Of a stretch of DNA of 64,000 nucleotides, positions 49,155-59,486 are shown one piece after another. The stretch comes from an uncultured bacterium. GTDB taxonomy: Bacteria; Actinomycetota; Acidimicrobiia; Spongiisociales; UBA5794. A program made the translations under genes and the position numbers. The stretch lies in NCBI GenBank assembly GCA_965368515.1, contig CBDUNF010000001.1, positions 4,265 to 68,264 on the forward strand, in the 5' to 3' direction. The notes under the pieces were generated by a model. It did no database searches, was not told where the DNA came from, and saw only the letters and a program-made list of their open reading frames with translations. The stretch's first letter is position 1. Each line of letters starts with the position of its first letter.

Positions 49155-50167
49155 TCGCCGGCTTTAGGAAGCTGGAGATCGGCTGCGGCAAAGAGCCGTT
49201 CGATGATCTTCATGTTCGCCACCGATCCAGAAGCCGGTACCGGCGATGGGCTACCCGACACGACGGCGTCCGCCAGCGCAGTCGCCTGGAGTCCGTATTG
49301 GTTGGCAACCGGCACTTTCGTAGAGGTGACCGTCGATGCGTGTGGGTGATGATTTCCGCTCGTTCCGATCGTGATCTGCGTCTCGTGATGTGGAGGGCAG
49401 TTGAAGGGATCGGCGATCGACAGCCATCCACCCGTCCCGTGGATGACGACGCGATGCAGAGGTTCTTGTTCCATGGAACAGGTGAACGAAGCGATGCCGG
49501 TGCCGTAGTCGAGAACGGCGCTGAACGTCAGGTCGACTCCGCTGACAGGATCGATACGCGCCGTTCCTAGTACGTGTTCCGGCTGGTCGCCCAGCAACAT
49601 GCGGCTGACGTCTACCGCGTAACATCCAACGTCGTACAAAGCGCCCCCGCCGGATGTGGCGTCGTGGCGGTAGTCGGTTGGTCGAGTCGACCGGAACGAG
49701 AACCAGACGTCGACGTCGGTGACTGTCCCGATCGTGTTGGCGGCGAGGAGCCGTTTGGTCTCAACCCATGCCGGGTGGAAGCGGTACATGAAAGCTTCCA
49801 TCACGAGCACGCCACGATCGGCGCAATGGCCGATGACCGCTTCCGCCTCCGCCGCGGTCAGCGTCAGCGGCTTCTCACAGAGGATGTGCTTGCCCGCATC
49901 GGCAGCCCGCATTATCCACTCCGCATGCAGATGGTTTGGTAGTGGGATGTACACGCAGTCGATATCGGGATCGGCGAGCAGGTCGTTGTACGAGCCGTAC
50001 GCCCTGGCGATGCCAAACTCCTCAGCTACATCTTCTGCGCTGAGCAGAGATCGGGATCCGATTGCCAACAGGTTGCAGCGCTCTGCGTCGAGCAGCGCAG
50101 GGATGACGTGAGCCTTGGCAATGAGCGCAGTGCCGAGGACACCCCAATTGAGGCGGGAGTTGGTCAT
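49151..50167 (-). CDS. Gfo/Idh/MocA family oxidoreductase
   Basis: LNWGVLGTALIAK N-terminal motif, CEKPL motif. Confidence 0.8.
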   Translation of the reverse strand: MTNSRLNWGVLGTALIAKAHVIPALLDAERCNLLAIGSRSLLSAEDVAEEFGIARAYGSYNDLLADPDIDCVYIPLPNHLHAEWIMRAADAGKHILCEKPLTLTAAEAEAVIGHCADRGVLVMEAFMYRFHPAWVETKRLLAANTIGTVTDVDVWFSFRSTRPTDYRHDATSGGGALYDVGCYAVDVSRMLLGDQPEHVLGTARIDPVSGVDLTFSAVLDYGTGIASFTCSMEQEPLHRVVIHGTGGWLSIADPFNCPPHHETQITIGTSGNHHPHASTVTSTKVPVANQYGLQATALADAVVSGSPSPVPASGSVANMKIIERLFAAADLQLPKAGD

Positions 50168-50190
50168 GGATTGCAGCCTACCGGACCGGT

Positions 50191-50204
50191 CTGGAACGTT
50201 CCAA
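50191..50204. promoter_or_regulatory. operator copy 5 (CTGGAACGTTCCAA) in the divergent region between the Gfo/Idh/MocA gene and the LacI regulator gene
   Basis: 13/14 match to the palindrome. Confidence 0.55.
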
Positions 50205-50235
50205 TAACGGCTTGCTATTATGCGCGGATTAGGAA

Positions 50236-51252
50236 GTGAGAGTCTTGAAGCAGCCGACAATCCTTGATGTAGCCGATCGGGCTGGTGTCTCGAAATCCCT
50301 GGTGTCGCTTGTCATGCGAGAGCCCGATCGGGTGAGCGATGCCAGCCGTGCCGCAGTGCTCGCCGCCGCCGCCGAGCTCGGCTATCGACCGAATGCCGTC
50401 GCCCGCAGTCTTGTCCAGCAACGCACGCATGTCATTGGTGTGGTCCTCTCCGACCTCCACAACCCCTTCTTTGCCGACGTCGCCGATGGCATTGAATCGG
50501 CCGCAGCGGCGGCCGGGTATCGGACAATGCTGTCTTCGGGATTCCTCGATCCGGTGCGCGAGCGGTCATCAATGGAGACCCTGCTCGAATTGCGGGTTGA
50601 TGCGCTGATACTGATGGGCTCGATGATGGAGGTCAACGACATCGAGACGCTGGCGTCGTCCCTGCCGGTGACGCTGGTTGGGCGTCACTCCGATTCCGAC
50701 ATGCTCGACACGGTCGGAGTCGACGACGCAGTCGGGGCACAGGTTGCAGTCGACTACCTGGTGGGTCTCGGGCACTCCAACATCACCCACATCCACGCTG
50801 GTTCGGCGGCAGGTGCGCCTCGACGGCGTTCCGGTTACGAAAAGGCGATGCGCGCACACGGTCTGGAGCGTTGGATTCGCAGCGTCGCAGGAGACTTCAC
50901 CGAGGCGGGCGGTGCCAAAGCGATGGCGGATATCCTCCAGAGCGGCAACATTCCCACTGCCGTCTTCGCCCCGAATGACTTCTCGGCGCTGGGTGCGATG
51001 GATGTCATCGACTCCGCCGGCCTGCAGATCCCTGGCGATATCTCGCTGTTTGGCTATGACAATCTGACCATCTCGGGTTTGCCTCGTATTGCGTTGACCA
51101 CTGTCGGGCAGCCGCGGGCAACCCTTGGCGAGGAAGCCGTATACCTGGTGCTGGAGCGTCTCAACGAGGGTCGGGACCTGGTGCGGAGGATGGTGGTCCC
51201 GCCATTCCTGGTGATTCGTTCAACAACGGGACCGCCGCGTTCCGGCGACTAG
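50236..51252 (+). CDS. LacI family transcriptional regulator (candidate repressor of the TTGGAACGTTCCAA regulon); start GTG 50236 or TTG 50245
   Basis: N-terminal HTH TILDVADRAGVSKSLVSLVM; periplasmic-binding-like effector domain. Confidence 0.85.
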   Translation: MRVLKQPTILDVADRAGVSKSLVSLVMREPDRVSDASRAAVLAAAAELGYRPNAVARSLVQQRTHVIGVVLSDLHNPFFADVADGIESAAAAAGYRTMLSSGFLDPVRERSSMETLLELRVDALILMGSMMEVNDIETLASSLPVTLVGRHSDSDMLDTVGVDDAVGAQVAVDYLVGLGHSNITHIHAGSAAGAPRRRSGYEKAMRAHGLERWIRSVAGDFTEAGGAKAMADILQSGNIPTAVFAPNDFSALGAMDVIDSAGLQIPGDISLFGYDNLTISGLPRIALTTVGQPRATLGEEAVYLVLERLNEGRDLVRRMVVPPFLVIRSTTGPPRSGD

Positions 51253-51272
51253 CGCCGTGACATACTGCTCGC

Positions 51273-51836
51273 ATGGTTCGACTGTTCCTCCTGGTTCCGA
51301 CGCTGATGGTGGTGGCGGCCGCCTGTAGTAGCCAAACCCCAACCACTTCGACCACTGAGGCGATCGCTGATCCAACTCCGTCCACTGTCGTCGCGCCGGG
51401 CACTGGGGCAACTGACACCACAACCACCGCGGAGTCGCCGCCGGCCGAGGTCGAGATCGAGGTGCCGGCATCTCTCGGAGACTTCGCCGTCGCGACGGTG
51501 TGGCTTGATGACATCGAGATTCGGGTAGCCCTTGCCGACACGAGCGAGCTCCGACGTCGCGGACTGATGCAGGTGGATGATCTGCTGGATCTCGAAGGGA
51601 TGGTGTTCGTATTCGAGCAGGACTCGTCGTCGGGTTTCTGGATGAAGGACACCCTCATCAGTCTCGACATTGCCTTCTTCGACGTTGCGGGCAGGTTTGT
51701 CGATGGCTTCACCATGGAACCGTGCACAACGACCGACTGCCCGACCTATCGTCCTTCCGGGTCATACCGGTTTGCATTGGAGATGGCTGCGGGGACGATG
51801 CCGGCCGGTGTAACGGAACTCCGGTTTGATCAGTAG
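51273..51836 (+). CDS. DUF192 domain-containing lipoprotein
   Basis: Lipobox VVAAACSSQ; DTLISLDIAFFD block typical of DUF192. Confidence 0.6.
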   Translation: MVRLFLLVPTLMVVAAACSSQTPTTSTTEAIADPTPSTVVAPGTGATDTTTTAESPPAEVEIEVPASLGDFAVATVWLDDIEIRVALADTSELRRRGLMQVDDLLDLEGMVFVFEQDSSSGFWMKDTLISLDIAFFDVAGRFVDGFTMEPCTTTDCPTYRPSGSYRFALEMAAGTMPAGVTELRFDQ

Positions 51837-51850
51837 CGGAGGAACTCGAG

Positions 51851-52420
51851 ATGCCGACGGTTGAAGTCTTGTTCGATGGCTATGTGGGGGAGCGGGTCGC
51901 CGGCACGGTGAGCCTCGTGAGGTCGGGTGATGTCGTTGCGATCATCGATCCCGGCATGGTGCCCGATCGGTCGGCGATCCTCGATCCCCTACGGGGTCAG
52001 GGTGTCGAACCCGAGGATGTGACTGACGTGATCTTGTCCCATCACCACCCGGACCACACCATGAACATCGCACTGTTCCCCAACGCCATGGTGCACGATC
52101 ACTGGGCCACCTACCGCAACGACGAGTGGATCTCGCGTCCCGCTGAAGGGTTTGCGGTTGCTGGTGGCATCACCCTGTTGGAGACGCCGGGGCATACCCC
52201 GCAGGACGTCACGACGCTGGTCCACACCGCTGCCGGCACGTATGCCTTCACCCACCTGTGGTGGAACGGGTCGATCGACGGTGATCCCCGCGCAACGCTG
52301 CCTGAGCTGCTGCAGCCCAATCGGGACCGAGTGCTGGGAATTGCGGACATCATCGTTCCGGGCCATGGTTCGCCCTTCCCGGCGGCAAGCGCCCCACGGA
52401 TCGAACAGGAGGCCGAGTAA
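51851..52420 (+). CDS. MBL-fold metallo-hydrolase
   Basis: HHHPDH metal-binding motif (ILSHHHPDHTMN), downstream His/Asp ligands. Confidence 0.75.
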   Translation: MPTVEVLFDGYVGERVAGTVSLVRSGDVVAIIDPGMVPDRSAILDPLRGQGVEPEDVTDVILSHHHPDHTMNIALFPNAMVHDHWATYRNDEWISRPAEGFAVAGGITLLETPGHTPQDVTTLVHTAAGTYAFTHLWWNGSIDGDPRATLPELLQPNRDRVLGIADIIVPGHGSPFPAASAPRIEQEAE

Positions 52421-53121
52421 TGGCACAGCGGAACATCGTCGCAATGGGTGGTGGTGGCTTCAGCTCGGGGAACTCGATGCTCGATCGTTATGCGTTGTCA
52501 CTGGTCGACGCGCCACGGCCGAAGGTCTGCTTCATTCCCACGGCGAGTGGAGACGACGCCGGATACACCCTCGAGTTCTTCAAGGCCTACAGCAGTTACG
52601 GTTGCGATCCGTTTGTGCTCAATCTCTTTTCGCGCGAAGTAGAGGACATCCCTGAGTTTCTCCATGGCATGGACATGGTTTATGTGGGCGGTGGTAGTAC
52701 TGCGAACCTCCTTGCGGTCTGGAGGTTGCACGGTGTGGATACGGCGCTCGAAGAGGCCTGGTACGACGGTGTGGTCCTGAGCGGTCTGAGCGCCGGCGCA
52801 AACTGCTGGTTCGACGCCAGCACCACCGATTCGTACCTTCTCGGCAAGGCGGATGCCCTCACAGACGGAGTCGGGTTCCTTCCCGGCAGCTACTGCCCGC
52901 ATTACACCTCGGAACCGGAGCGCCGGCCCAATTACATGAATCTGGTTGCTACCGGAGTACTGCCCTCTGGCTACGCATGTGAGGACGGCACTGCAGTTCA
53001 TTTTGTCGGCACCGAGCTGAAGATAGCGGTGTCCGTCGACGGCGATGCCAGGGCGTTTCGGGTGGCGCGACTCGGCGAAGGTGCATCCGAGGAGCCCCTC
53101 GAGTTTGTGACGCCAAGCTGA
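52420..53121 (+). CDS. peptidase E (S51 family alpha-aspartyl dipeptidase-like)
   Basis: S51 blocks (CFIPTASGD, YVGGGSTANLL, GLSAGANCWF with Ser nucleophile). Confidence 0.75.
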   Translation: MAQRNIVAMGGGGFSSGNSMLDRYALSLVDAPRPKVCFIPTASGDDAGYTLEFFKAYSSYGCDPFVLNLFSREVEDIPEFLHGMDMVYVGGGSTANLLAVWRLHGVDTALEEAWYDGVVLSGLSAGANCWFDASTTDSYLLGKADALTDGVGFLPGSYCPHYTSEPERRPNYMNLVATGVLPSGYACEDGTAVHFVGTELKIAVSVDGDARAFRVARLGEGASEEPLEFVTPS

Positions 53122-53295
53122 CCAAATGGCCTCTCCTGGGGCCATCCAACTGCCCGGCAGACCCGCGGTTGGTTCGCCACGTTGCGTGGTCGGGCCACGG
53201 CGAGGCGCATAACCGCTTGTAATGAGGCGCCCAATCCCTCTAATTTGACTCATGAATGGCGCGCTCTGAAGGCGCCGTCAGAGGAGAGGGAAACA

Positions 53296-54309
53296 ATGAA
53301 ACGACTATTAATGGCCGTCGTCGCGCTCGCGATGCTGGCAGCGGCTTGCGGAGGTGACGACGAGAGCAGCTCTCTGCTCGATGATGTCATCGACCGCGGC
53401 AACATCATTTGTGGTGTCAATGAGACACTGCCCGGGTTCGGTGTTGTCGACGACGCCGGCAACCTGAGTGGCTTCGATATCGACTTCTGCAAAGTTGTCG
53501 CTGCGGGCGTGCTTGGTGACGCCAATGCCGTCGAGTACGTACCGCTCAACGCTGATGCACGCTTCACTGCGCTTCAGTCGGGCGAGATCGACCTACTGAT
53601 TCGCAACACCACCTGGACGGCAACCCGTGACGGGCAAGAGGGCGCAAACTTCTTGTTCACCACGTACTACGACGGGCAGGGCATCATGGTGCCGGCCGCG
53701 ACTGGTTTCACCACGCTCGAGGATCTGGCCGACGCCAACATCTGCGTGCTGTCGGGTACCACTACCGAGCTGAACCTCACCGCTGTGTTCAATGCGCGCG
53801 GCATCCCGTTCAACCCGGTCGTGTTCGGTGACAACACCCAGCTGCGGCCGGCTTACGAGTCCGGTCAGTGCGAGGCGTGGACTTCGGATGCGAGCCAGAT
53901 CGGTTCGTTCAAGTTCACCATCGAGAGTGAGGGCGGCGCCGAGCAGCACATCATGTCGGAGGTCTTCTCCAAGGAGCCACTCGGTCCGGTCGTTGCTGAT
54001 GGCGATACGCAGTGGGCCCAGGCTGTCGAATGGTCAGTGATGGCCACGGTGCAGGCGTGGGAGTTTGGTTTGGATTCGGGCAACATCGGAAGCTATTCCG
54101 GTTCCGACCCCAACATTCTCAACTTCCTTGGCGATGGTGACTTCAACCCGACTCTTGGCTTGCCAAGTGATTTTGCGGTTCAGGTTGTCTCCCAGGTTGG
54201 CAACTACGAGGAGATCTACAACAAGTTCCCGGAGCTTGCTCCCCTCGATGGAAGTGTCAACGATCTGTGGAGCAACGGCGGTCTGATGTACGTACCGCCT
54301 TACCGCTAG
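53296..54309 (+). CDS. amino acid ABC transporter substrate-binding protein (general L-amino-acid AapJ/BztA-like)
   Basis: Signal/lipobox LAMLAAACGGDDE; family-3 solute-binding blocks. Confidence 0.8.
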   Translation: MKRLLMAVVALAMLAAACGGDDESSSLLDDVIDRGNIICGVNETLPGFGVVDDAGNLSGFDIDFCKVVAAGVLGDANAVEYVPLNADARFTALQSGEIDLLIRNTTWTATRDGQEGANFLFTTYYDGQGIMVPAATGFTTLEDLADANICVLSGTTTELNLTAVFNARGIPFNPVVFGDNTQLRPAYESGQCEAWTSDASQIGSFKFTIESEGGAEQHIMSEVFSKEPLGPVVADGDTQWAQAVEWSVMATVQAWEFGLDSGNIGSYSGSDPNILNFLGDGDFNPTLGLPSDFAVQVVSQVGNYEEIYNKFPELAPLDGSVNDLWSNGGLMYVPPYR

Positions 54310-54337
54310 ATCAACCGAGCTTGACATATAAACGGTG

Positions 54338-54366
54338 GGTGGCCGGCACGTGGGGTGCCGGCCACC
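54338..54366 (+). terminator. 12-bp perfect-stem hairpin (attenuator/terminator) between the substrate-binding protein and permease genes
   Basis: GGTGGCCGGCAC-GTGGG-GTGCCGGCCACC. Confidence 0.4.
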
Positions 54367-54392
54367 TCCGACACCTGTAGGACAAGATTGCC

Positions 54393-55625
54393 TTGACACA
54401 GACCACCCTGGAGCCGCCTAACTCGGCGGACACGGGCCCCGAAGAACACATAGTCTGGTACCGCAACGTGCGGACCTTACGCATCGTGGCGCAAGTCACT
54501 GCGGTTGTGGCCGTTCTTGCTCTGATGTCGTGGTTCTTCAACAACCTGCTCACAAATCTGGATCGCCGCAATATCGGCACCGACTTTGGATTCCTTAGCC
54601 GGCCGACCAACTTCGAGATTCCCTACGACGAAGGCTTCAATCCACGTAGCCCCGTGACCGACATGATCCTGGTCGGTCTGAAGAACACCTTCCTGGCGGG
54701 CTTCTTCGGGATCATCATCGCAAGCATTGTTGGTCTGCTTGTTGGCATCTCCCGGCTATCGACTAACTGGCTGGTCGCCAAGTTGGCGATGATCTATGTC
54801 GAGACCTTCCGCAATATCCCGCCGCTGGTCATCATCGTGTTCTTTGGAGCAGCGATGTTCACAGCCGGGCCGTTCCCGGTCCTTCAGGAAGCCGACACTG
54901 TTTCGTTCTTCGGTACCGACAACAACTTCCTGATTCTGTCGAACGAACGCTTTGGCATCCCCTCCTTCATCGCCGGGGGCAACGTTGGGCTGTTCTGGAT
55001 CACAGTTATCGTCGCGCTGTTAGCGGCAATCGCCGTAGGCGTCTACCGCACCCGACTCAGTGACAGAACAGGTGTGCACCACCATCGGATCCGATGGGGC
55101 TTCGGCGCCTTTGTCGTGATCAGCTTGCTGGGGTTCTTGCTCATCGGTGACGCGTTCACGATGTCGTGGCCCGAGGTTTCGGAGAACGGCCGGCGGATCG
55201 TCGGTGGGTTCATCATGAACTCCGGCTTCATGTCGATCACCGTCGCTCTCGGCCTCTATACGGCGAGCCATATCGCGGAGATCATTCGCGGTTCGATCCT
55301 TGCGGTCCCCAGCGGTCAAACCGAGGCGGCTAATGCGATCGCCCTCACCGCGTTCCAACGGTACCGATACATCGTCCTTCCGCAGGCCCTCCGAATAGCA
55401 TTGCCGCCGACGATCAACCAGTACCTCAACCTCGTCAAGAACACTTCGCTCGGGACCGTGGTGGCTTATGCCGAGATCACGGCGCTGACCCGAAGCTCGA
55501 TCGGCAACGGTCGCCCGGCACCGCAATCCATTGCGATTCTGATGTTGGTCTATCTGACCTTCTCGCTTGGGATTTCCGCCGTTTTGAATATCTATAACCG
55601 GCGCATTCAACTGGTGGAGAGGTAG
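54393..55625 (+). CDS. amino acid ABC transporter permease (AapQ/BztB-like); TTG start uncertain
   Basis: His/Glu/Gln/Arg/opine family permease domain with EAA-like loop. Confidence 0.7.
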   Translation: MTQTTLEPPNSADTGPEEHIVWYRNVRTLRIVAQVTAVVAVLALMSWFFNNLLTNLDRRNIGTDFGFLSRPTNFEIPYDEGFNPRSPVTDMILVGLKNTFLAGFFGIIIASIVGLLVGISRLSTNWLVAKLAMIYVETFRNIPPLVIIVFFGAAMFTAGPFPVLQEADTVSFFGTDNNFLILSNERFGIPSFIAGGNVGLFWITVIVALLAAIAVGVYRTRLSDRTGVHHHRIRWGFGAFVVISLLGFLLIGDAFTMSWPEVSENGRRIVGGFIMNSGFMSITVALGLYTASHIAEIIRGSILAVPSGQTEAANAIALTAFQRYRYIVLPQALRIALPPTINQYLNLVKNTSLGTVVAYAEITALTRSSIGNGRPAPQSIAILMLVYLTFSLGISAVLNIYNRRIQLVER

Positions 55626-55628
55626 ATC

Positions 55629-57086
55629 ATGGATCCCGACCTTCCCTTCACTCCGCTCGAGACGGGCACTTTGGAGCCTATGCCTGTTGCTGAAACGCGA
55701 GAGCGTCAGCCGAAGCTGCCGCCAGGCAAGTGGATCCATAAGAACCTGTTCAACAACTGGTACAACTCGGCTATCACAGTGGTCCTCGGCGTCTCCGTCA
55801 TCGCTGCGACATACTTCTTGCTGAGATTCGTTTTCGTCACTGCTCGATGGGCGCCCGTCATCGAGAACCTGACGCTGTTCATGGTTGGTCGTTTCCCGCG
55901 TACCGCAGCCAACGATCAGCTATGGCGTGTGGTCGCCCAGGTACTTATCTGGTCGGGGGCAATGGGACTGGCTTGGGGCGCCGCAGTGTCGGGCGCGAAG
56001 TTCCGGGCAATGCAGGCCGGCGTCGAGTACACCGAAGACACGCTGCTGACCAGGCTCAGGCGGTATTGGAGCCTGATCGGGCTGATCGTGCTACTTCTCG
56101 TAATCGCCAAGACGTTTGGCCCGGCTCTAGTCGTGATCGCGGCCGTCGCGATTGGGGCGGCGCTGCAGATGGTCGGAGCTCGAATCCCGGGTCAGTACGC
56201 CGGAGTCACCTGGGCCGGCGTCGCCTTCCTCGGCGTCCTCGGCTATCAGATCGTTAGCGGGTTCGTTGGTACCGGCTGGCTGTGGCTCTTTCTCCCGATC
56301 GTGCTCGCATCCGTTTCCCTGCTGGGGAGGCGTGATTGGGACGACGTGCGTCGCATGCACATCGTCCAAAGCGCAGCTGCAGTTGCCATATTGGCGGTCG
56401 GCTTCCTCTTGTACTCGGTGACCAATTTCGAAGGCGTCGGGTGGGACGAGTGGGAAGGTTTCCATCTCAATCTCATAATGGCTGCCCTGGCGATCACGCT
56501 GTCATTCCCGCTCGGTCTTCTGCTGGCGCTGGCTCGCCGATCGAGTTTCCCCGCCCTGCGAACACTCGCCACGCTCTACATCGAGCTGATCCGTGGTGTG
56601 CCGTTGATTTCGCTGCTGTTGATGGCTCAGTTCTTCCTTGGCTTTTTCCTGAATACGACCACGCTTCCCTCTGAGATCACCAGGGCGCTAGCGGCCATGA
56701 CGATGTTCACGGCTGCCTATGTGGCCGAGATCGTTCGCGGTGGACTCCAGGCGGTTCCGGGGGGCCAGGTCGAAGCGGGCAACTCGCTTGGGCTCTCGCC
56801 TTGGAAGGTCACAAGGCTCATCGTCCTGCCCCAGGCCCTTCGCGCCGTTATCCCGGCAATGGTTGGCCAGTTCATCTCGCTGTTCAAGGACACGACGCTG
56901 CTGTTCATCATCGGTATCGGCGAGATCCTTCGGGTTCGTGAGATTGTCCATGCGCAGACGGATTTCCGGGGCTTCGGGATCACAGAGACACTGGTGTTCG
57001 TGATGCTTGCCTTCTGGGCAGTGTCGTTTGCTATGTCTAGGGAAAGCCAACGTTTGGAACGGAAGCTTGGAGTTGGAGAACGATGA
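55629..57086 (+). CDS. amino acid ABC transporter permease (AapM/BztC-like)
   Basis: Polar amino-acid permease C-terminal domain ([17 protein letters not shown]). Confidence 0.8.
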   Translation: MDPDLPFTPLETGTLEPMPVAETRERQPKLPPGKWIHKNLFNNWYNSAITVVLGVSVIAATYFLLRFVFVTARWAPVIENLTLFMVGRFPRTAANDQLWRVVAQVLIWSGAMGLAWGAAVSGAKFRAMQAGVEYTEDTLLTRLRRYWSLIGLIVLLLVIAKTFGPALVVIAAVAIGAALQMVGARIPGQYAGVTWAGVAFLGVLGYQIVSGFVGTGWLWLFLPIVLASVSLLGRRDWDDVRRMHIVQSAAAVAILAVGFLLYSVTNFEGVGWDEWEGFHLNLIMAALAITLSFPLGLLLALARRSSFPALRTLATLYIELIRGVPLISLLLMAQFFLGFFLNTTTLPSEITRALAAMTMFTAAYVAEIVRGGLQAVPGGQVEAGNSLGLSPWKVTRLIVLPQALRAVIPAMVGQFISLFKDTTLLFIIGIGEILRVREIVHAQTDFRGFGITETLVFVMLAFWAVSFAMSRESQRLERKLGVGER

Positions 57087-57880
57087 CAGACAGAAACGAC
57101 TCAGGATCTGGTGAGGTATTCGCCGACGCCACCCAGATGGCCGGTACCGGCGAGCTGATGATCGAACTCGTCGATGTCGACAAGTACTTCGGCGACTTCC
57201 AAGCTCTGAAAGACATCAATCTGAGAATCGCCAAGCAGGAGGTTGTCGTTGTCATCGGGCCTTCGGGTTCCGGCAAGTCGACGATGATCCGCTGCATCAA
57301 CCGGCTCGAGAAGCATGATCACGGCAGGATCACGGTTGATGGCATCGAGCTCTCCGATGACATCAGGCACATCCAGGAGATCCGTCGTGAGACGGGAATG
57401 GTGTTCCAGCAGTTCAACCTGTTCCCACATCTAACGGTGCTGGAGAACGTAACCCTCGGACCACGCCAGGTTCGCAACATGCCCAAGAAGGAAGCGGACG
57501 ACCTGGGGATGGAGCAGCTCACTGCGGTGCAGATCCCCGAGCAGGCGCACAAATACCCCGGCCAACTCTCAGGTGGGCAGCAGCAACGTGTGGCCATCGC
57601 CCGGTCCTTGGCGATGAGCCCGAAGGTGATGCTCTTTGATGAGCCGACGTCAGCATTGGACCCAGAGATGATCAAAGAGGTGCTCGACTCCATGAAGGAA
57701 CTGGCCCTTTCCGGAATGACGATGATCGTCGTCACTCACGAGATGGGGTTTGCCCGCGAGGTTGCGGATCGTGTCGTCTTCATGGCCGACGGGCAGATCG
57801 TCGAAGTTGGCACCCCCGAGCACTTCTTCACCAACCCGACAGAAGATCGCACCAAGCTCTTCCTCAGCCAGATCCTGTAG
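57083..57880 (+). CDS. amino acid ABC transporter ATP-binding protein
   Basis: Walker [23 protein letters not shown] signature, Walker [12 protein letters not shown]; ATGA overlap. Confidence 0.9.
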   Translation: MTDRNDSGSGEVFADATQMAGTGELMIELVDVDKYFGDFQALKDINLRIAKQEVVVVIGPSGSGKSTMIRCINRLEKHDHGRITVDGIELSDDIRHIQEIRRETGMVFQQFNLFPHLTVLENVTLGPRQVRNMPKKEADDLGMEQLTAVQIPEQAHKYPGQLSGGQQQRVAIARSLAMSPKVMLFDEPTSALDPEMIKEVLDSMKELALSGMTMIVVTHEMGFAREVADRVVFMADGQIVEVGTPEHFFTNPTEDRTKLFLSQIL

Positions 57881-58025
57881 GCGCCACGTCTCACCCAATC
57901 CGGCTGAGACGGCCGATGCCATTTGCGCGCTCCCGCGTCCTCAACCAGGTTCACTCCGTGGCCTAGCTGCCGATATAGGCGTGAGGATCAGGAGGGGCCG
58001 CCGGCCCACAGATAGAAGAAGAGGG

Positions 58026-58812
58026 ATGCGCATGAATCGCATAGCGGAGTTGGCCGATGTGACTCCCGACGTTGGACATCCAGTCTGTCTGTACTCGTCG
58101 GGGACCATGCCGTTTACTGGGTAGGGATTTCAGATGCAACGGCGTTTCGGTGCAATGTCTACTTCATCCAGGATGGAGATGTGGGGATCGTTGTCGATCC
58201 GGGTAGCTCCGATCACTTCGAGAGCGTGAAGCACAACATCGGTGAACTAATGGATCCAGCCGCCGTGACGGGATGATTCTATGTCACCAGGACCCCGATG
58301 TCGCGGCGTCCATGGTGGATTGGCTCGAGCTCAATCCGACAATGAAGGTCTTCACCAGTCCGCGCACCCAGGTGCTGATTCCCCACTACGGAGTCTCCGA
58401 CTACGACTTCTACGACACGTCGGTGAACCCGCGTTACGAATTGCCTTCCGGTGAGCATCTCCAGTTCATTGAGGCTCCATTCCTCCATTTCCCCGGGGCG
58501 ATCACGACATACGACACTGCAGCGAAGTTCCTGCTGTCTGGAGACATCTTTGCGGCACTGGATCTCGATTGGACTCTGACGGTTGACGATTTCTCGTTGC
58601 ACATCGCAAAGATGGACCTATTCCACATGGACTACATGGCCTCGAACCTTGCGGCCCGCGGTTTCGTCAGGCGCTTGGATGGAATTGAGATCGAGGGAAT
58701 CCTGCCGCAGCACGGGTCGATCATCAAACAGGAGCATGTGCCGCTTGCTCTCGACTATCTCGAGAACCTGCAATGTGGGCTCGACATCATCTACGCCGAC
58801 ATGGTGGACTAA
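58026..58812 (+). pseudogene. MBL-fold (flavodiiron/ODP-like) protein gene disrupted by two frameshifts (frames change near 58060-58115 and at 58273-58276)
   Basis: RBS+ATG ORF 58026-58124; frame-2 segment encoding VYWVGISDATAFRCNVYFIQDGDVGIVVDPG...ELMDPAAVTG ends at TGA 58274-58276; third frame ORF 58273-58812 (MILCHQDPDV...FLHFPGAITTYD...LLSGDIFAA); the pieces align as one flavodiiron-type MBL domain. Confidence 0.4.
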
Positions 58813-59320
58813 TGACAACGTCTGCACCGTCGGACGGTGAAGTTGCCGCGCTGCGACAGAAGATTGCCCTGCTCGAACAGGGAATGGGACAGGCTGCTCG
58901 TATTAGGGAGCTCTGGGAGAAATCCGCCAGCGACCTGAAGGCGACGAAGTCCGAGCTCAGTCACTCGCTGCAGGAACTGGCGGAAGCCCACGACGAACTA
59001 ACCGAGAAGAGCGAAGCGCTGGAGCGCCTCAACGATCAACTGCGTGAGGAGCTGGCGTTCCGCGAGAAGGTGGAGGCCGAGCGATTGTTGTCGCAGAAGC
59101 TCGAATCGATCGGCCAGTTGGCTGCGGGCATAGCCCACGAAATCAACACGCCAATTCAGTACGTAAGCGACAACACGCACTTTTTGCGGTCGGCCTTTGC
59201 GTCGCTTCAGCAGCTTGTTGTCGCACTCGATCCCGAGAAGGACGTTGCTGAGGGAAGCGAACCAGCTCGGCTGGCGGCTGTGCTGGACGTGGCCGAATCT
59301 GAAGCCTTGCTTGAAATCGA
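58812..59320 (+). pseudogene. histidine kinase fragment: coiled-coil + HisKA H-box (LAAGIAHEINTP) without an ATPase domain; ORF reads without stop into rpsF
   Basis: HisKA phospho-acceptor motif present; no HATPase_c N/G1/G2 boxes anywhere downstream; the frame continues through Arg/Cys-rich non-protein-like sequence to the rpsF stop. Confidence 0.4.
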
Positions 59321-59486
59321 AGCTTCCCCTGTGGCCAGTCAGGGTCGATGTGGACGGGTGACCCCAGCCCAGTTACACTCACGCACCGCAAACGGGGCAT
59401 GTCGAACAGTTTCGCCATGCCGCTACCCCTGCTCCCGGAGAGTCCGGGGGCCTTCCGCACTGCGGATGTCCACAGGAGGTGAGATA

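Noticed and set aside
58264-58276. Programmed frameshift/translational coupling explanation for the ATGA junction inside the MBL-fold gene
   Set aside because: There is no slippery heptamer or stimulatory structure, and a second frame change is needed ~200 bp upstream. Pseudogenisation or sequencing error is more parsimonious. It is still flagged in the findings because it cannot be resolved from sequence alone.
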